This document shows positions 12,601 to 23,959 of a DNA stretch of 64,000 nucleotides, one piece after another. The notes under the pieces were generated by a model that searched no databases, was not told the origin of the DNA, and saw nothing but the letters and a program-made list of their open reading frames with translations. Position numbers and translations under genes: made by a program. Numbering within the stretch: the first letter of the stretch is position 1; each line of letters begins with the position of its first letter. The DNA comes from Malacoraja senta (taxonomy: Eukaryota): NCBI GenBank assembly GCA_038087875.1, contig CM075979.1, forward strand, positions 56,296,001-56,360,000. The letters run 5' to 3'.

Positions 12601-15600
12601 TGTTGTATCGGACTACATGGAACTCACTCTGCGGAAACAACCATTCATCCCAAATTGCCTCTATTGGTTTTTACAATCCAAATACACTGCTTTAATTATT
12701 GCTTCCAACCTTACTATAATACCTCTCTATTCCACTCTCCCTTATCAATTATGTTTGAATGTGTCACATTCACTCAAACTAGATATTCCATCCATATCTG
12801 TTGTTTGATCTGTTTGTAGATATCTTGCATATAGTTTCCATTGTACTGGGCACATCAGCAAGTTGAAAAATATCTTGTTATTTACTCCAACAAATTATTT
12901 ATAATGTTTTACCGACTTCTCAGTCTTCCCTTTCCCCATGCCATTCTTGCAGCCATATGGTCTGGTAACATTTTTGAAGATTATATCCATACGTTCTTCA
13001 GTATTGCAGCTTAGGTTTTGTAATTTTCAAAGGACCGCAGACTGTTGCAAGTCTGTTCTAACAGGATTCTATTTCATAGAATCATGGAATGGTTACAGCA
13101 CAGATGGCCATTTAGCCCATCATGTCCATGCTGGCTCTCTAACAGAACTGTTGTCTAATTCCACCCTCCATCCATTTCTCCATGGTCTTGCAAATTGTTC
13201 TTACCAAAGCTTTATTCAGTTTCCTCTTGAAGACCAGAATGGAACTTGCCTCCCCTCTGTCTAGAGCAGAATCATAGAAATGAATTTAACATTACCTCCA
13301 CTTCTTTTATATTCTGTTCATCTTACCTGAGCAAACTATCACACGTGATATATCAAATCATAGTTACCAAAATCTACTCAATTTGTGTATCTCTGTACCT
13401 TGATACATTTTGGTATCATGTAAAAATGCCTCAAATCTGATACCAAGGGCATGACTCAAATCTGAGACCAAGTATTTGGTCAAGCAAAATGCATCCAGTT
13501 GTGATCAATATCGATATTCTGTGAATTTCATGGATACACAATGCGGGACCAAACCATTCAGTCCAAATAACACATTAACTTTTAAAATCTGCATTAGGCT
13601 CCGTTCCCCCCTCTCACTCTTATCACCTTCCTTTACCTTGTTACCAAATCCCTTTGGTCTTCGAAAGTTAATTCTTCCTAATCTTTGTTTTCTGAAACCT
13701 GATTCTACATGTCTTTGTATGGCATTTTATCACAACTATGTTTGTGTGTGAGAGGTTTATGGATTGCTACTAAAACAGATTTGTTCTTGTAACCAATCAT
13801 TTTACATAGATAAAGCACAGAAGCTAAATTGGGTGGAAGCCAATGCATTTTTGTAATGCCACTTGAGCGATTCCCATGCATTTAAATTGACGGGTGGAAA
13901 ATTAGGCCATATCCAGATTATGGGCATACAGCTCCCAAATAATTGTTTTGTGTTCTGTCCCAGAAGTGTATATGTTAAGACTAAATATGTTAAGTGGATA
14001 CTTTAAAACTGAATACGTTAAGAGCAACATCAGCAATATACTCCTTCACATTGTAGAACGTATCGTTCCTTATCATTCCTTATTCCTTAATCATCTTTTT
14101 TCCAGCTAGAAACAGAAAAATGCACCCTTGTGTCTCCTTTCGTGATTATTGTATGCATGTGCTCTTATCTGTAGCCAGAGAAATATTGAAGTCAACTCTT
14201 TACATCGTCATTTCATCAAACAAAATAAATTAATTGCAAAGTTTTACTTACATTAAAGCTTTGATGGAATTAGAATCCCCCCCCACCCCCCACTCCTGCT
14301 TCATACTATTACCATCATTAAATTTTCAAGGAAAAATAAAGGGAATTTAATATAGTTGTGACAGCACCAAATGTTCAGGTCAGTAATTTGGAGAGCAGTA
14401 AATCTGAATAATGGGCTGACCAGAGATGCACATGTTGATGATTTTTTAGATAATATAACACACTACATGAGTAGTCTCAGACAAGGCAAATTATAAGCTT
14501 TGCATGCATGGAAGAAACAGGTGGATTATGACCAGTGGTTTCTAAGGGTTTCCATAACGGGGCTTTTGTTAACCTCCCAACCTGTCCAATGTGAAAGAAG
14601 TGACAGCATTTGATCGACATGATACATCAACAACTCTGTTAATGTTGTATGATGTTACTGCCAATATGTCAGAAGATGAATGGGACAACATTGGTCCCCC
14701 TTTTGGATATATTTTGTGTGATGCCAGGACTGTGTCCAAAGGAGTTTGTGGTAAGATTAGCAAATCTTGATCTAAAATGGAAAAATTAGAACATTATTTG
14801 GCTGTAACTGTATGCAAATTACTAATCCCTGGAAGACAGGAACAGATAATGAGATGGGCATAATGATGGCCATTTTCCCAAGGGGTCTGAAATGCAAATG
14901 AATAGAGATTGAGAAAGGAAACACCAATTTACCTGCTTTTTCGAGGATTGCTTTGATTCATGGAACCATACTTCAGAAATGATGTGGAGGCTTGGGAGTA
15001 CTGCAGTGTAGATTCATCTAAAAAACATTATGGCTGAATAGGGATAAATATCAGAACTGATTACATTGACCAATATTAAGTTCTTATGATCCCAGAGAAC
15101 ATTAATGGTAAACTGATTGAGGTCCGAAATAAATTGTTATGGTAGAAGACAATAAAGAAGCAGTTATACAGTAGAGGGAAACTATTTCCTCTTTTGAATA
15201 GGAAACGAGGAATGGGGTTTCAGCATAAAATTAGAATTAGATATTCAGGAGATACGTTTGAAACATCTTCATACAAATGATATAGGAAACCTAGAAATCT
15301 CTTCCAAAATATGATGATAATCAACAGAAAAATTCAAAACTAAAATTAATAGATTTTTATTTAGGTAGTAACTGTTGTGGAACATGGAGTTAAGAACAGA
15401 TCAACCAGATTTTAACTGAATGCATTATTAGCACAAAGAGTTGCATTAACCACTCCTGTTTAGATTTTTTTAGTTTTAGAGATGCAACATGGAAACAGGC
15501 CATTCGGCCCATCGAGCCTGCACCGACCAGTGATCCCTGCACATACCTTAGACACATTTTGTAAAACATATGAATCAGCATTAAAGAATGAAACATGGTG

Positions 15601-18317
15601 TGAATTGTATTTAACATTTTCTTGGACTTTATAAACTGGAAAGCAAAATTCTACAGATTCCAAAATTCTAAAATTTAAAAAAAAAAAAAATGGTTGGGAG
15701 ACAGTGCAATCAGACTATGTCTGCAGAGAGAGAAACCAAATTAACATTTCTGGTCAATAACTCTACATCAGAACCGACAATGGTTCAATAATTTGGAATG
15801 TTAATTCTGCTTAAGAAATGCTCCTTGACCTGATGATTATTGCCAGCATTTTGTTCTTATTAGTTGGATTTTATAATCACCTTCCAAAGAATATCATTAT
15901 ATGTTTGCATTGATAGGGCATCTTGCTGCATCTTTAGGTGTAAAATCAATTTATATCAATTTGCTCACTTATCAAAATCCAAAAGTATTTATTTGCCAAA
16001 TGCACTGTATATGAACCAGGACAATAAAAATTTTGCTTGCTGCCATTTTAAAGGCACATTAGATGCAACAACAACAATAAATACACAATAAGTGATCAGT
16101 TAACTAAGTAAACTAGACCAATAAGATGCTGCAAAAAGCAGAAGTACATAGATCAACTATCGTAGTGCAAAGTCTGTAATGGTTCAGTAAAATTGACATG
16201 GTTGAGATAGGGTTGTAGTTAGGTTTGAACAAGGTAGTTTTAAGAACCTAATGGTTGATGAGAAGAAGCTTTTCTTGAACCTGGAGGTAATGGATCTCAG
16301 TTTCCTGTGCCTTCTTCCCAATGCTAACGGTGAGAAGAAAGCATGGCCATGGTGGTATGGGTCTTCAATGATATTAGCTGCTTTCTTTAGGCTCTTTTGT
16401 TAGACCCCTTTGATGTTAGACGGGTCAGTACCATAATGGACCAGGTAATGTCCATCACAAATGTTTCCAAAATCTTATGTAGTTATATGAAATGATGTTT
16501 GAATATGCAACTTTTATTTTATAGGCTAATTGGAAATTTACCTGTTCTTCAATAATTTAAAAATGCTATAATTAATGAATGGACTGTCAATTGGTGAATG
16601 CATTTTATTTAGTATAATATTGGAGCAGTTATTCTTCTGGGGAATAAACACACCACTAGTATGAAAATATTTTAAAGCAGTCAACTGAAATCTGACTTGA
16701 TGACAATTATTTTAATTTGCTGTCATAAAATGATGTAACTAATAATACATATGCTCATAGTTAGACTGGTCTGAGCCATGAATGTTCATAAAACAAATAA
16801 TGAATAACATTTGCATTATTTTTAACATTTGTATTAGTAACGTGCTGATATTTCAAACTGTTTAATGTGCCCATTTGTTACTAGGCAAAGAAGATGTAAG
16901 GCCTTGCCGAAAATTAGATGTCAAAATGATCATTAGGAAAGATGACTGCCGTACCACTGGCACTGTATGTAAAATCCTAGCTTTATTTTCATTCCATAAA
17001 ACCACATTTTTCCAATTACAGCTTTTAGTAAAACTTGCAGAGGTTAACCATATAACCATATAACCATGGGAGGTTCTATGTACAATTTCACAAGTTTCCT
17101 TGCCAAAGGTTCGGAAGCTGTGTTTTGATTTTCTATTTGCCAAATAACCTGACTCTGACTAAATTACAAAGGACAAAGGACAAAGGACATTTATTGTCAC
17201 ATACACCAAATGGTGTAGTGAAATTTGTCTTGCCATGCAGCACAAATTAGACACAACATTAAAGAAATTTAACATAAAACATAAAAACATCCCCCCACAA
17301 TGGTTACCACTGTGGGGGAAGGCACAAAGTCCAGTCCCCATCCCATGTCCACCCATAGTCGGGCCTATTGAGGCCTCCACAGTCGCCTTCACGGAGGCCC
17401 GATGTTCCAGGCCATTCTCGCCGGGTGATGGTGCTCCGGTGTTGGGAGAACCCTCTCAGCGGCTTGGGACACCTGGAACGGCCGCCTCCTTACTCGAGAC
17501 CGCGGCTACCGAAGCCAACAGGCTGCGCTGGATGGAGCTCCACCACTGGTGATCTTGGCGAGAGATCCCAGGCTCCCGTTGTTAAAGTTCAGCACCACCG
17601 CCCGCAGACCCGCAGCTCCGCGATGTTTCACCTGCGGGCTCAGCTCACCAGAGCTCCAGCGCGGCGACCCGGGTAAGGCATCGCCCGCTCCGCTCCGCGA
17701 TAGCGCTCCTGCGCTGCGCCGCCGCCGAAGCCGAGGCCCTGGGCGGTCCCCTCAGGAAATGCCGCTCCAGGCCCGCTGGTAGGCCGCGAAAACGGGTCGA
17801 AGGTGCAGCCCGGAGAAAAGCTGCCTCTCCGACCAGGTAGCGACCCTAGAAAGTAGTTTCCCCCTTCCCCCCCCCCACCCCCCACATAAAAAGAATAGAA
17901 CTCCTAAAAAACAAAACAACTAACTAATTACAATTAATTGTTGAATGTTACACACCAGAGAATGCAATTAATAGGCAATAAACACTGTAAATGCTATCTA
18001 GTTGTCAGGGAAGTGTAGAGTATTGGAGGAAAGCAGTTAGCCACTTAACTTTAATGTATGAAGAATCTCTTGAGTATTAGATAACACAATTCCTGATGGT
18101 TCTTAATTCTTTTCAGGTCACTGTGGCTTCTTGTGATGGTAAGTGCCCATCAGCTATGATATTCAACACTAATATCAACAGCTATGCAAAATTCTGCAAA
18201 TGCTGCCGAGAAGTCGACCTCACAGATCACACTGTACCACTTTATTGTGCGGGAAATGCCACTTGGATTGACTTTACATTTCAAGAGCCAACAGATTGTT
18301 CCTGTCGATGGAATTAA
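545..18317 (+). CDS. OTOGL: Otogelin-like gene, 3' part. Five coding exons: 545-669, 6294-6413, 8810-8855, 16885-16964, 18117-18317. Cys-rich region plus C-terminal cystine knot.
   Basis: All exons have AG/GT borders with compatible phases (1-0, 0-0, 0-1, 1-0, 0-stop). The spliced C-terminus ...[119 protein letters not shown] is otogelin-family. SCDGKCPSA, the WN ending and the neighbouring FN3 gene favour OTOGL over OTOG. Confidence 0.85.
1673..2633 (-). pseudogene. Tyrosine recombinase of DIRS copy A, split by frameshifts into ORFs 2091-2639, 2014-2226 and 1673-2014
   Basis: [11 protein letters not shown], catalytic R (AQRVQTL), HSTR, W and Y motifs of the lambda-integrase family. Confidence 0.92.
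2627..5763 (-). pseudogene. Gag-RT-RNaseH-methyltransferase-like polyprotein of DIRS copy A (several frameshifts)
   Basis: ORF fragments 5210-5782, 5000-5188, 4277-4963 (Gag LFGEDL running in frame into VGGRL RT N-terminus), 2706-4244 and 2627-3292. Confidence 0.92.
6294..6413 (+). CDS. OTOGL: OTOGL internal exon ([40 protein letters not shown])
   Basis: ccag acceptor, gtttgt donor, 120 nt, phase 0-0. Confidence 0.88.
7692..8098 (+). mobile_element. Unclassified ~400-bp non-coding retroposed insertion (SINE-like) inside an old CR1 fragment
   Basis: GC-richer block flanked by the direct repeat TTATTCA (7685-7691 and 8099-8105) and ending in a (TAAT)n tail. Confidence 0.5.
8346..8635 (+). mobile_element. 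tRNA-derived HE1/V-SINE-type SINE
   Basis: GTGGCAGAGTGGCGCAGC head, V-domain-like TGTGTGGAGTTTGCATTTTCTCCCTGTGACC, CR1-type tail GGGCTGAAGGGCCTGTTTCC...CTAAA. Confidence 0.85.
8810..8855 (+). CDS. OTOGL: OTOGL 46-nt exon ([15 protein letters not shown])
   Basis: tttttccag acceptor, gtaagt donor, GCCRTC motif completed by the next exon. Confidence 0.88.
9997..10090 (+). mobile_element. Penelope-like element pLTR fragment
   Basis: GTCTGAAGAAGGGTCTTGACCC...CCAGAGATGCTGCCTG matches the other copies in the window. Confidence 0.75.
10294..11895 (-). mobile_element. Tc1/mariner IR-DR transposon, Passport-like, full length (1602 bp)
   Basis: TA TSDs at 10292-10293 and 11896-11897. ~210-bp ITRs start CAGTGGCTTGCAAAAGTATTCA and carry inner direct repeats. 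Confidence 0.97.
10498..11517 (-). CDS. Tc1 transposase, 339 aa; second catalytic Asp changed to Glu and C-terminus altered
   Basis: Paired-like HTH, GRPPK, WSDETK, FQQEND (normally FQQDND) followed by 34 residues then E of NPIENLW. Ends AAKVLTQGG instead of AAKGGSTKY. Confidence 0.93.
   Translation of the reverse strand: MKPKDYTRQVRDKVVEKFKAGLGYKNISQALNISRSTVQSIIRKWKEYGTTANLPRHGRPPKLTGRARRALIREAAKRAMVTLEELQRSTAQVGESVHRTTISRTLHKSGLYGRVARRKPLLKKTHKKSRLQFATSHVGDTANMWRKVLWSDETKIEVFGLNAKRYVWWKPNNAHHPEHTIPTVKHGGGSIMLWGCFSSAGTGKLVRVDGKMDGAKYRAILEENLLESAKDLRLRRRFTFQQENDPKHTARATMEWFRSKHIHVLEWPSQSPDLNPIENLWQDLKIAVHTRSPSNLTELELFCKEEWAKISVSRCAKLVETYPKRLAAVIAAKVLTQGG
14400..15450 (+). mobile_element. 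Highly decayed CR1-type LINE 3' region
   Basis: Recognisable remnants (TGGCAGATG..TTTAAT-like, GGAGTACTGCAGTGTAG, 3' UTR-like GATCAACCAGAT); no intact ORF. Confidence 0.5.
16010..16460 (-). mobile_element. Rex1/Babar LINE 3' fragment (decayed)
   Basis: GAAGCTTTTCTTGAACCTGGAGGT...CTTCTTCCCAATG matches the Rex1 fragment at 31960-32520. Confidence 0.65.
16885..16964 (+). CDS. OTOGL: OTOGL penultimate exon ([27 protein letters not shown])
   Basis: ctag acceptor, gtatgt donor, start of the cystine-knot domain. Confidence 0.88.
17170..17925 (-). mobile_element. GC-rich non-autonomous retroelement with Rex1-type 3' tail
   Basis: On the - strand it ends GTATGTGACAATAAA followed by (TGTCCTT)n. CpG-rich body. 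AATTACAA at 17162-17169 and 17926-17933 is a candidate TSD. Confidence 0.65.
18117..18317 (+). CDS. OTOGL: OTOGL terminal coding exon (cystine knot, TAA stop)
   Basis: tttcag acceptor; CxGxC...CKCC...C...CxC pattern; TAA at 18315-18317. Confidence 0.92.
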   Translation, partial: VTVASCDGKCPSAMIFNTNINSYAKFCKCCREVDLTDHTVPLYCAGNATWIDFTFQEPTDCSCRWN

Positions 18318-18354
18318 TCTACTTTAAGTATGAGTCAAACACAGAGTTGGATAA

Positions 18355-18601
18355 TGGCCTAGAAATTGGTTGTTGTCTTACTGGAAATATGCTCAACATG
18401 ATGTAATAGAGTGCCCATCACTCTTATTATTGGAAATAGATAAAGAGGCATCATAGTAAAAAAAGGAGGCTTTCACCGATTAGCTGCTGGAACCCAACCA
18501 GTAGGTGTCTGAAGCTCACTCTCTATATAAGGCCCACGTCGCATTGTTGAGTTGCATTGCTCTACTGGAAGGCACACTAAGACAAACCAATTTCTGGGCC
18601 A
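18355..18601. mobile_element. Old MITE-like element in the OTOGL 3' UTR
   Basis: Inverted termini TGGCCTAGAAATTGGTT / AACCAATTTCTGGGCCA (1 mismatch), extending inward as TTGTCTTACTG / CACTAAGACAA. Confidence 0.6.
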
Positions 18602-18748
18602 CCCAATATTCGAATTTACATTTAAAAACATTAACTACAAATTTAGAATTGTTTTGTTTAATACTTTACAAATAACATTTGTAAATTAAGTAGATAATGA
18701 AGTAAATTTTTGTGGAAATTAGCAGGTTCAATGTTGTAAGGGTAATCC

Positions 18749-19049
18749 AATAAAATGTGTATTCACCTATTTTAGCTATTATATAAGAACAATACTTTAT
18801 AACTATGACTGCTTTGACTATGTGATAAATGTTTTGTATTACAAAATTTAGTTCCTCATGCATTTTCTTTGCTATGAGTATATGACATTAATTTCTTAAA
18901 TAGATGCTTTACCATCTGATTGTTTATATCAAGCAGTTTACTTTTTATAGACTGCCTACAAATTGTATTGCTCATTAATTGCTGGCATTATGAATTGTAA
19001 ATTATAGTGTCGCATAATTTACTTGCTAAGCAGTTATGCAAGAAATAAA
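18749..19049 (+). terminator. Candidate polyadenylation signals of OTOGL (AATAAA at 18749 and 19044)
   Basis: AATAAA hexamers in AT-rich sequence downstream of the stop codon. Which one is used is unknown. Confidence 0.4.
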
Positions 19050-20547
19050 ATGAAAAATTGCAAGAAATTATGTCGCTTCAAAACATCCTTTGCTATTTAA
19101 ATTTATTTAAAATCTTATTTCAACATTTCCTCAAGATATTAAAACAATTAACAATTTTTAAAAATGTCATCGAGGGGACAATTAGGGAAATTGATTTCTT
19201 GTGTATTGCATTCCAATGTTGAAAGGGGTTTATCATGCGATTGTGAAAGTGAACAAAATAAAACTTGGCATCTGCATCAACATATGAAAAGAAAGCAGAA
19301 CATGATGACAAGTATTGTGTTTTAAAGGATAAACTGGACTGAATTGGTTCTCACAATTACATGTTAATCAATCCTTTTTTCTTGGCAAATACTTTTTGTC
19401 AGTCCTGAATTAGCAGGTCTAAAAGATAAACATCTTTGAAGGCATGATTTTATATAATAACATGAACATTAAAGGCATTGACAGCAAGCGACAAGGTGGA
19501 AAATAATTGAAAAAAGAAGCATATTGAATGATAATCCAAGGGAACTAAGTCATTTGAAATATTTCATTGCTTGTCAGTTTAAAAAATGTCATTTCATGGC
19601 TGTCAGTTAATTCCATGTGGTAATTGAGATATCCCTGAAATTCTAATAAAAATCCACATTAGTTTTATAAATATCATGGTATTCAGGGATATATATTGTC
19701 CCAGAGCATACAAGCTTCATATACACATGGTCTAATTACCTATGGCAATGTCTTAAACAAGTATTGAACAGTGAATGGTATCATTTTGTTTGCAATATCA
19801 GAAACGTCCCTTTCCATGCCTTCCAGAGATGATGCCTGACCATCGGAGTTATTTCACTACTTAGGGCTCTTTTTTGTAAATGAGCTTTCCTTATGTCTGC
19901 AGCAAATATAGTACTTCCACAAGTGAAATTTGTGGCAAGTGCTTAGTCAATTTTTGAGTGTGCCTGATTGTATTCCCAAAGCATTGCAATTTAACCCAGA
20001 AACCATTGTATTGGCATTCCAACCAGAAATAAAGCTATTTTCATACATTATATTGCTGTAAAAATCATAATATATAATTACATTTCTTGACAAAAATAAT
20101 ACGAACAAAAGGATTGTGACCCACTGTTTTTCATCTGTAGGGATATATTTAAAATATACAATTAAATGCAATTGCTGAATATAACCACACTGCTACTGAA
20201 GTGCAAATTTGTGACATTGTCAAACAACAGAATTGATCAATTTGTCAATTTAATAGGATGTAAGGGAACTTATACATTTTACCTATAATTATTGAATATG
20301 AACAAAGCAAACTGACCATTTTGGTTGATGCCTCCCGAGTTTCCTCTTTGTAAATCAATTTGAGTAGCTTCCATCTTGCCTTCAAGGCATAAGCCCATAA
20401 ATATAAACTAATGGAATGCATGCAGACGTTGCTGTGTCTTTGGTGGATAACTTATTTTGCTGGGAGTGAAAGTAGAGGTGAGTACATGTTCCAAATAATT
20501 CTAGACTTACTAAAATAAAAGTAAAGCAAATTGGGACAAAAGTTTGT

Positions 20548-20835
20548 TGTGGCACAGTGACGCAGCGGTAGAGCTGCTGCCTTACAGAGCCAGAAACATG
20601 AGTTCGAACCTGACCACGGATGCTGTCTGTACGGAGTTTGTGTTCTCCCTGTGACCGTGTGGGTTTTCTCCATGTGCTCCAGTTTCCTCCCACATTGCAA
20701 ATATGCGCAGGTTTGTAGGTTAATTGGCTTCTGTAAATTGTCCCCAGTGCGTAGGATAGAACTAGTGTAGGGGTGATTGTTGGTTGGGGCGGACTCAGTG
20801 GACTGAAAGGTCTATTCCACGCTGTATCTCTAAAC
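20548..20835 (+). mobile_element. HE1/V-SINE-type SINE, near full length
   Basis: A box GTGACGCAGCGG, B box GTTCGAACC, V domain, tail GCTGTATCTCTAAA. Confidence 0.88.
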
Positions 20836-21654
20836 TCAAAAATGAAACTGGAGAATGCATGCTCATCAATTGAAATATTATTTTTGTTAGACAAAGCTCC
20901 AAGTATATTTATATACTAATAAGCAGTGAAACATCCAAGATGAATGGTGGTCAAAATAGAAATGTCTCCTAATACATTACAAATCATTGGCTGGGCAGAA
21001 TATTAAACTATGCTATCTATGATATGGAAATATTTGATACAAAATATAAAAAGGAGAAAAATATTTTCTTTGTGATCAAGCTATAGTTTTCATTCAGACC
21101 AAGCAAAACATTTTGACTTGACAATGTTCTCAGTCAAATGGGAACTTTGGACTGAATTGTGAATCCCAATTTCTCTGTACTGTTTTGTAATTTTCTTAAA
21201 ATAGTAAATTTAATGTGAATGCAAATTCCAAGTAAACCTTAATACATAAAATATCCTTTCTTCCTCGGCTACACTAAGCACAGCTGTATTATTTCAACTT
21301 GAAATGCTTTCAGAAGTACCATAATTGAGTGGGAGAATATTCAGGGAGATATTGCTGATATGACGATGGCAGATAAGGAGTTGTGTTGAAAAAACAAGGA
21401 TTACCCTCCTACACCATTCCCATATTAAGGGTTGTCATCTCATCACTTTTCCAAGCAATAACTGTTTTCTGAATTTAAAACAAACAACTTCAGAACACGA
21501 AGATATATATTTTTTGAAAACCTTATGCAATGACAAGAAAATAGACTCTTGAATGGAAGCATGTTGACCCTCAACACGCTTTTTGCTATGCAGGCAGGTC
21601 TCGTGGGCATGTCAGAGGATTTTCTTCAGGTACCTTCACAGTATCATCCTGTAA

Positions 21655-22140
21655 AATATGAGGTGCTGTTCCTCCAATTTGCATTTGGCTTCACTCTGGC
21701 AAACTCCAAATGCAAATTGGAGGAACAACACCTCATATTTCGCTTGCGCAGCTTACAACCCAGCAGTATGAATTTTGATTTCTCTAACTTCAAGTAACCC
21801 TTGCATCCCCTCTCTCTCTGTCCCTCCCCCACACTTGTCATTGGACTAGTTTCACTGTAGTCCTTGTGAGTTTCATTGTCTATAACTCGTTTTCGCCTAG
21901 CCCACAGCTTGATCATCGTTACTTATTTTGCATATATTTCATTCATTTGCTTTATCTCTCTCTATGTCTCCGTCCATATCTCCCGTTTCCCTCTCCCCCG
22001 AATCTCAGTCTGAAGAAGGGTCTCGACCAGAAGCGCCACCTGCTCTTTTTTTCCAGAGATGCTGCCTGACCCACTGAGTTACTCCAGCATTTTGTGTCTA
22101 TCTTCGGTTTTAAACCAGCATCTGCAGTTCCCTTCTACAT
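21655..22140 (+). mobile_element. Penelope-like element 3' fragment (GIY-YIG C-terminus plus pLTR) with short inverted 5' piece
   Basis: Encodes CKLEEQHLIFRLRSLQPSSMNFDFSNFK*, followed by the pLTR carrying CTGAAGAAGGGTCTCGACC. Confidence 0.85.
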
Positions 22141-22359
22141 AGATATCAGCCAAGCCCGCCCAGCTGCAGGCCGCTGTCCCCACGGCAATACCATCCTTGC
22201 GGAACAGAGGAGTGGGCAGCGATGATCCAGAACCAGCGAGGGGGGCTGTGCTTGTGAATTGTTTGAACCCGGAGCATTACATTCTCGCATGGAAAAGGGA
22301 GGTCTGTTCCTGATCGCAATCTCTTCTCCCCGTTGCAGGTAAATCCGTTTAACCTTCAT

Positions 22360-22600
22360 TTATGTGTAGGGAAGAACTGCAGATGTTGGTTTAAATCAAA
22401 GATACTAGAGGATCCTCTAGTATCTTTGGTTTATACCGAAGATGGACACAAAATGCTGGAATCCTTTCTCTCCAGAGATGCTGCTTGGCCCGCTGAGTTA
22501 CTCCAGCATTTTGGGTGTAACCTTCATTAAATGCTGGAGTAACTCAGCGAGTGTCGATCCTAGGTGTAAACCAGCATCTGCAGTTCCTTTCTACACATAA
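22360..22600. repeat. Rearranged fold-back Penelope pLTR mosaic containing a perfect 32-bp palindrome (22397-22428)
   Basis: CAAAGATACTAGAGGATCCTCTAGTATCTTTG; pLTR pieces in alternating orientation. Confidence 0.8.
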
Positions 22601-23464
22601 CCATCATTTATTCCGCCTGCTGTGGAATTTTCGCGCCCAAAATACCTCAGAATTAATAATAAACAACAAAGATGCGACTTGATAACCATAGTGCAACATG
22701 CATCTTTCTCCATATTCTGTAATAACACTGCCTGGCACTAAGTTACAGCTCTGAATTGTGACTGAATTGATAGATTCAAGTGTAGAGTTATGGATGTTTA
22801 GTTAGTATCCGGTGTGCGTTTACTGTTAAACACACTTAACATTGTTTTTAAATTTATAAACTACAGTCATGTCCCTGTTGTACAAATTAAGTGTGGCATC
22901 GGATGTATTTTTAGCCAGTCCGCGATGCTTCCTGACCACCTAGATACATGTTCTATCTTCCTCAAGTTACTGTATGTTCAGAGAACACACTGACTTTGCA
23001 ACATGTTCGCTTTTTCCCGTGCACTTCAGGAATGCGGTTTCAACTCTGGAATTACATGACTTCACACTGCGCCAAGTAATTTACAGATTACACCAACGTA
23101 AATATTGCAGCACAGGAACGCGACCTGGTGTTAATTTCGTTATTTATCTTGCCAAGGATTAGCCCCCAACAACCCAGTAAAAGGAAGACACAAAAGACGG
23201 CACATGCTGCATTCTGAAGCCAAAAAAAACTGCTAGAGGAACTCAGCAGGCCAGGCAGCATCTGTGGAGTCTCTGTTCCACTTCCTTAGATGCTACCTGA
23301 CTCCCTGAGCTCCCCAGCATTTGTTTTTACTAAAAGTGATGGATTTATGGTAAACTTGAACAGATTGTTATAGAATTTGTTAAAAATACAAAATTGCACC
23401 TTTCAGAAAAAGGCAGATATCTGGTTGTCGTGCTGTGTAACTATCCTTCTACAGAGGACATGGA

Positions 23465-23896
23465 ACAAGTATCCATTACAAGCATCTAGAACAACTTAAT
23501 ACACCAAACATTTAAGCAGAGAAAGCATGTTTAAAGAAAAAAGCAAATGCAAGATGACCCACTGAAGGGCGGTATCCCAATTCAATACTCGATGACATTA
23601 CTTAGAGTTAATAATTTGAATATGTTCAGTGAATATGAACAGAAGGAGCTCTTTCATTGGTGTATGGTTCAGACATCAAAGATATGAGGGTAAAATGATG
23701 GAAAACTTTTGAAGAGGAATTCAATTACTCCAAAATATAATGGGTTCAAAATCAATCAGTGCCTATAGAAAGGAATGGGATATTTATGAATGTGAATACT
23801 ATGAGTAAGAGGGAAGGGGACTGAAAGGTCAGTACCTCTGTGACTGGTGCAGACTTAATGGGCCAAATGGAGACTTCATGTGCATAGAATCAAACA
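23465..23896 (+). repeat. 432-bp local direct duplication, copy 1 (second copy at 26416-26847)
   Basis: Near-identical from ACAAGTATCCATTAC to CATAGAATCAAACA; about six substitutions seen by eye. Confidence 0.95.
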
Positions 23897-23959
23897 ATTC
23901 TATGACTCGAACAACTATTTATCTGTATGTTGGAAAGAGTGCAGAGAAGTCCAAATTGG

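Noticed and set aside
17235-17885. Several overlapping ORFs in GC-rich sequence
   Set aside because: Expected by chance at high GC within a repeat; no domain motifs.
20548-20625. tRNA gene candidates here and at 8346, 33050 and 55121
   Set aside because: These are SINE heads with A/B boxes, mostly followed by V-domain and LINE tail, not complete cloverleafs.
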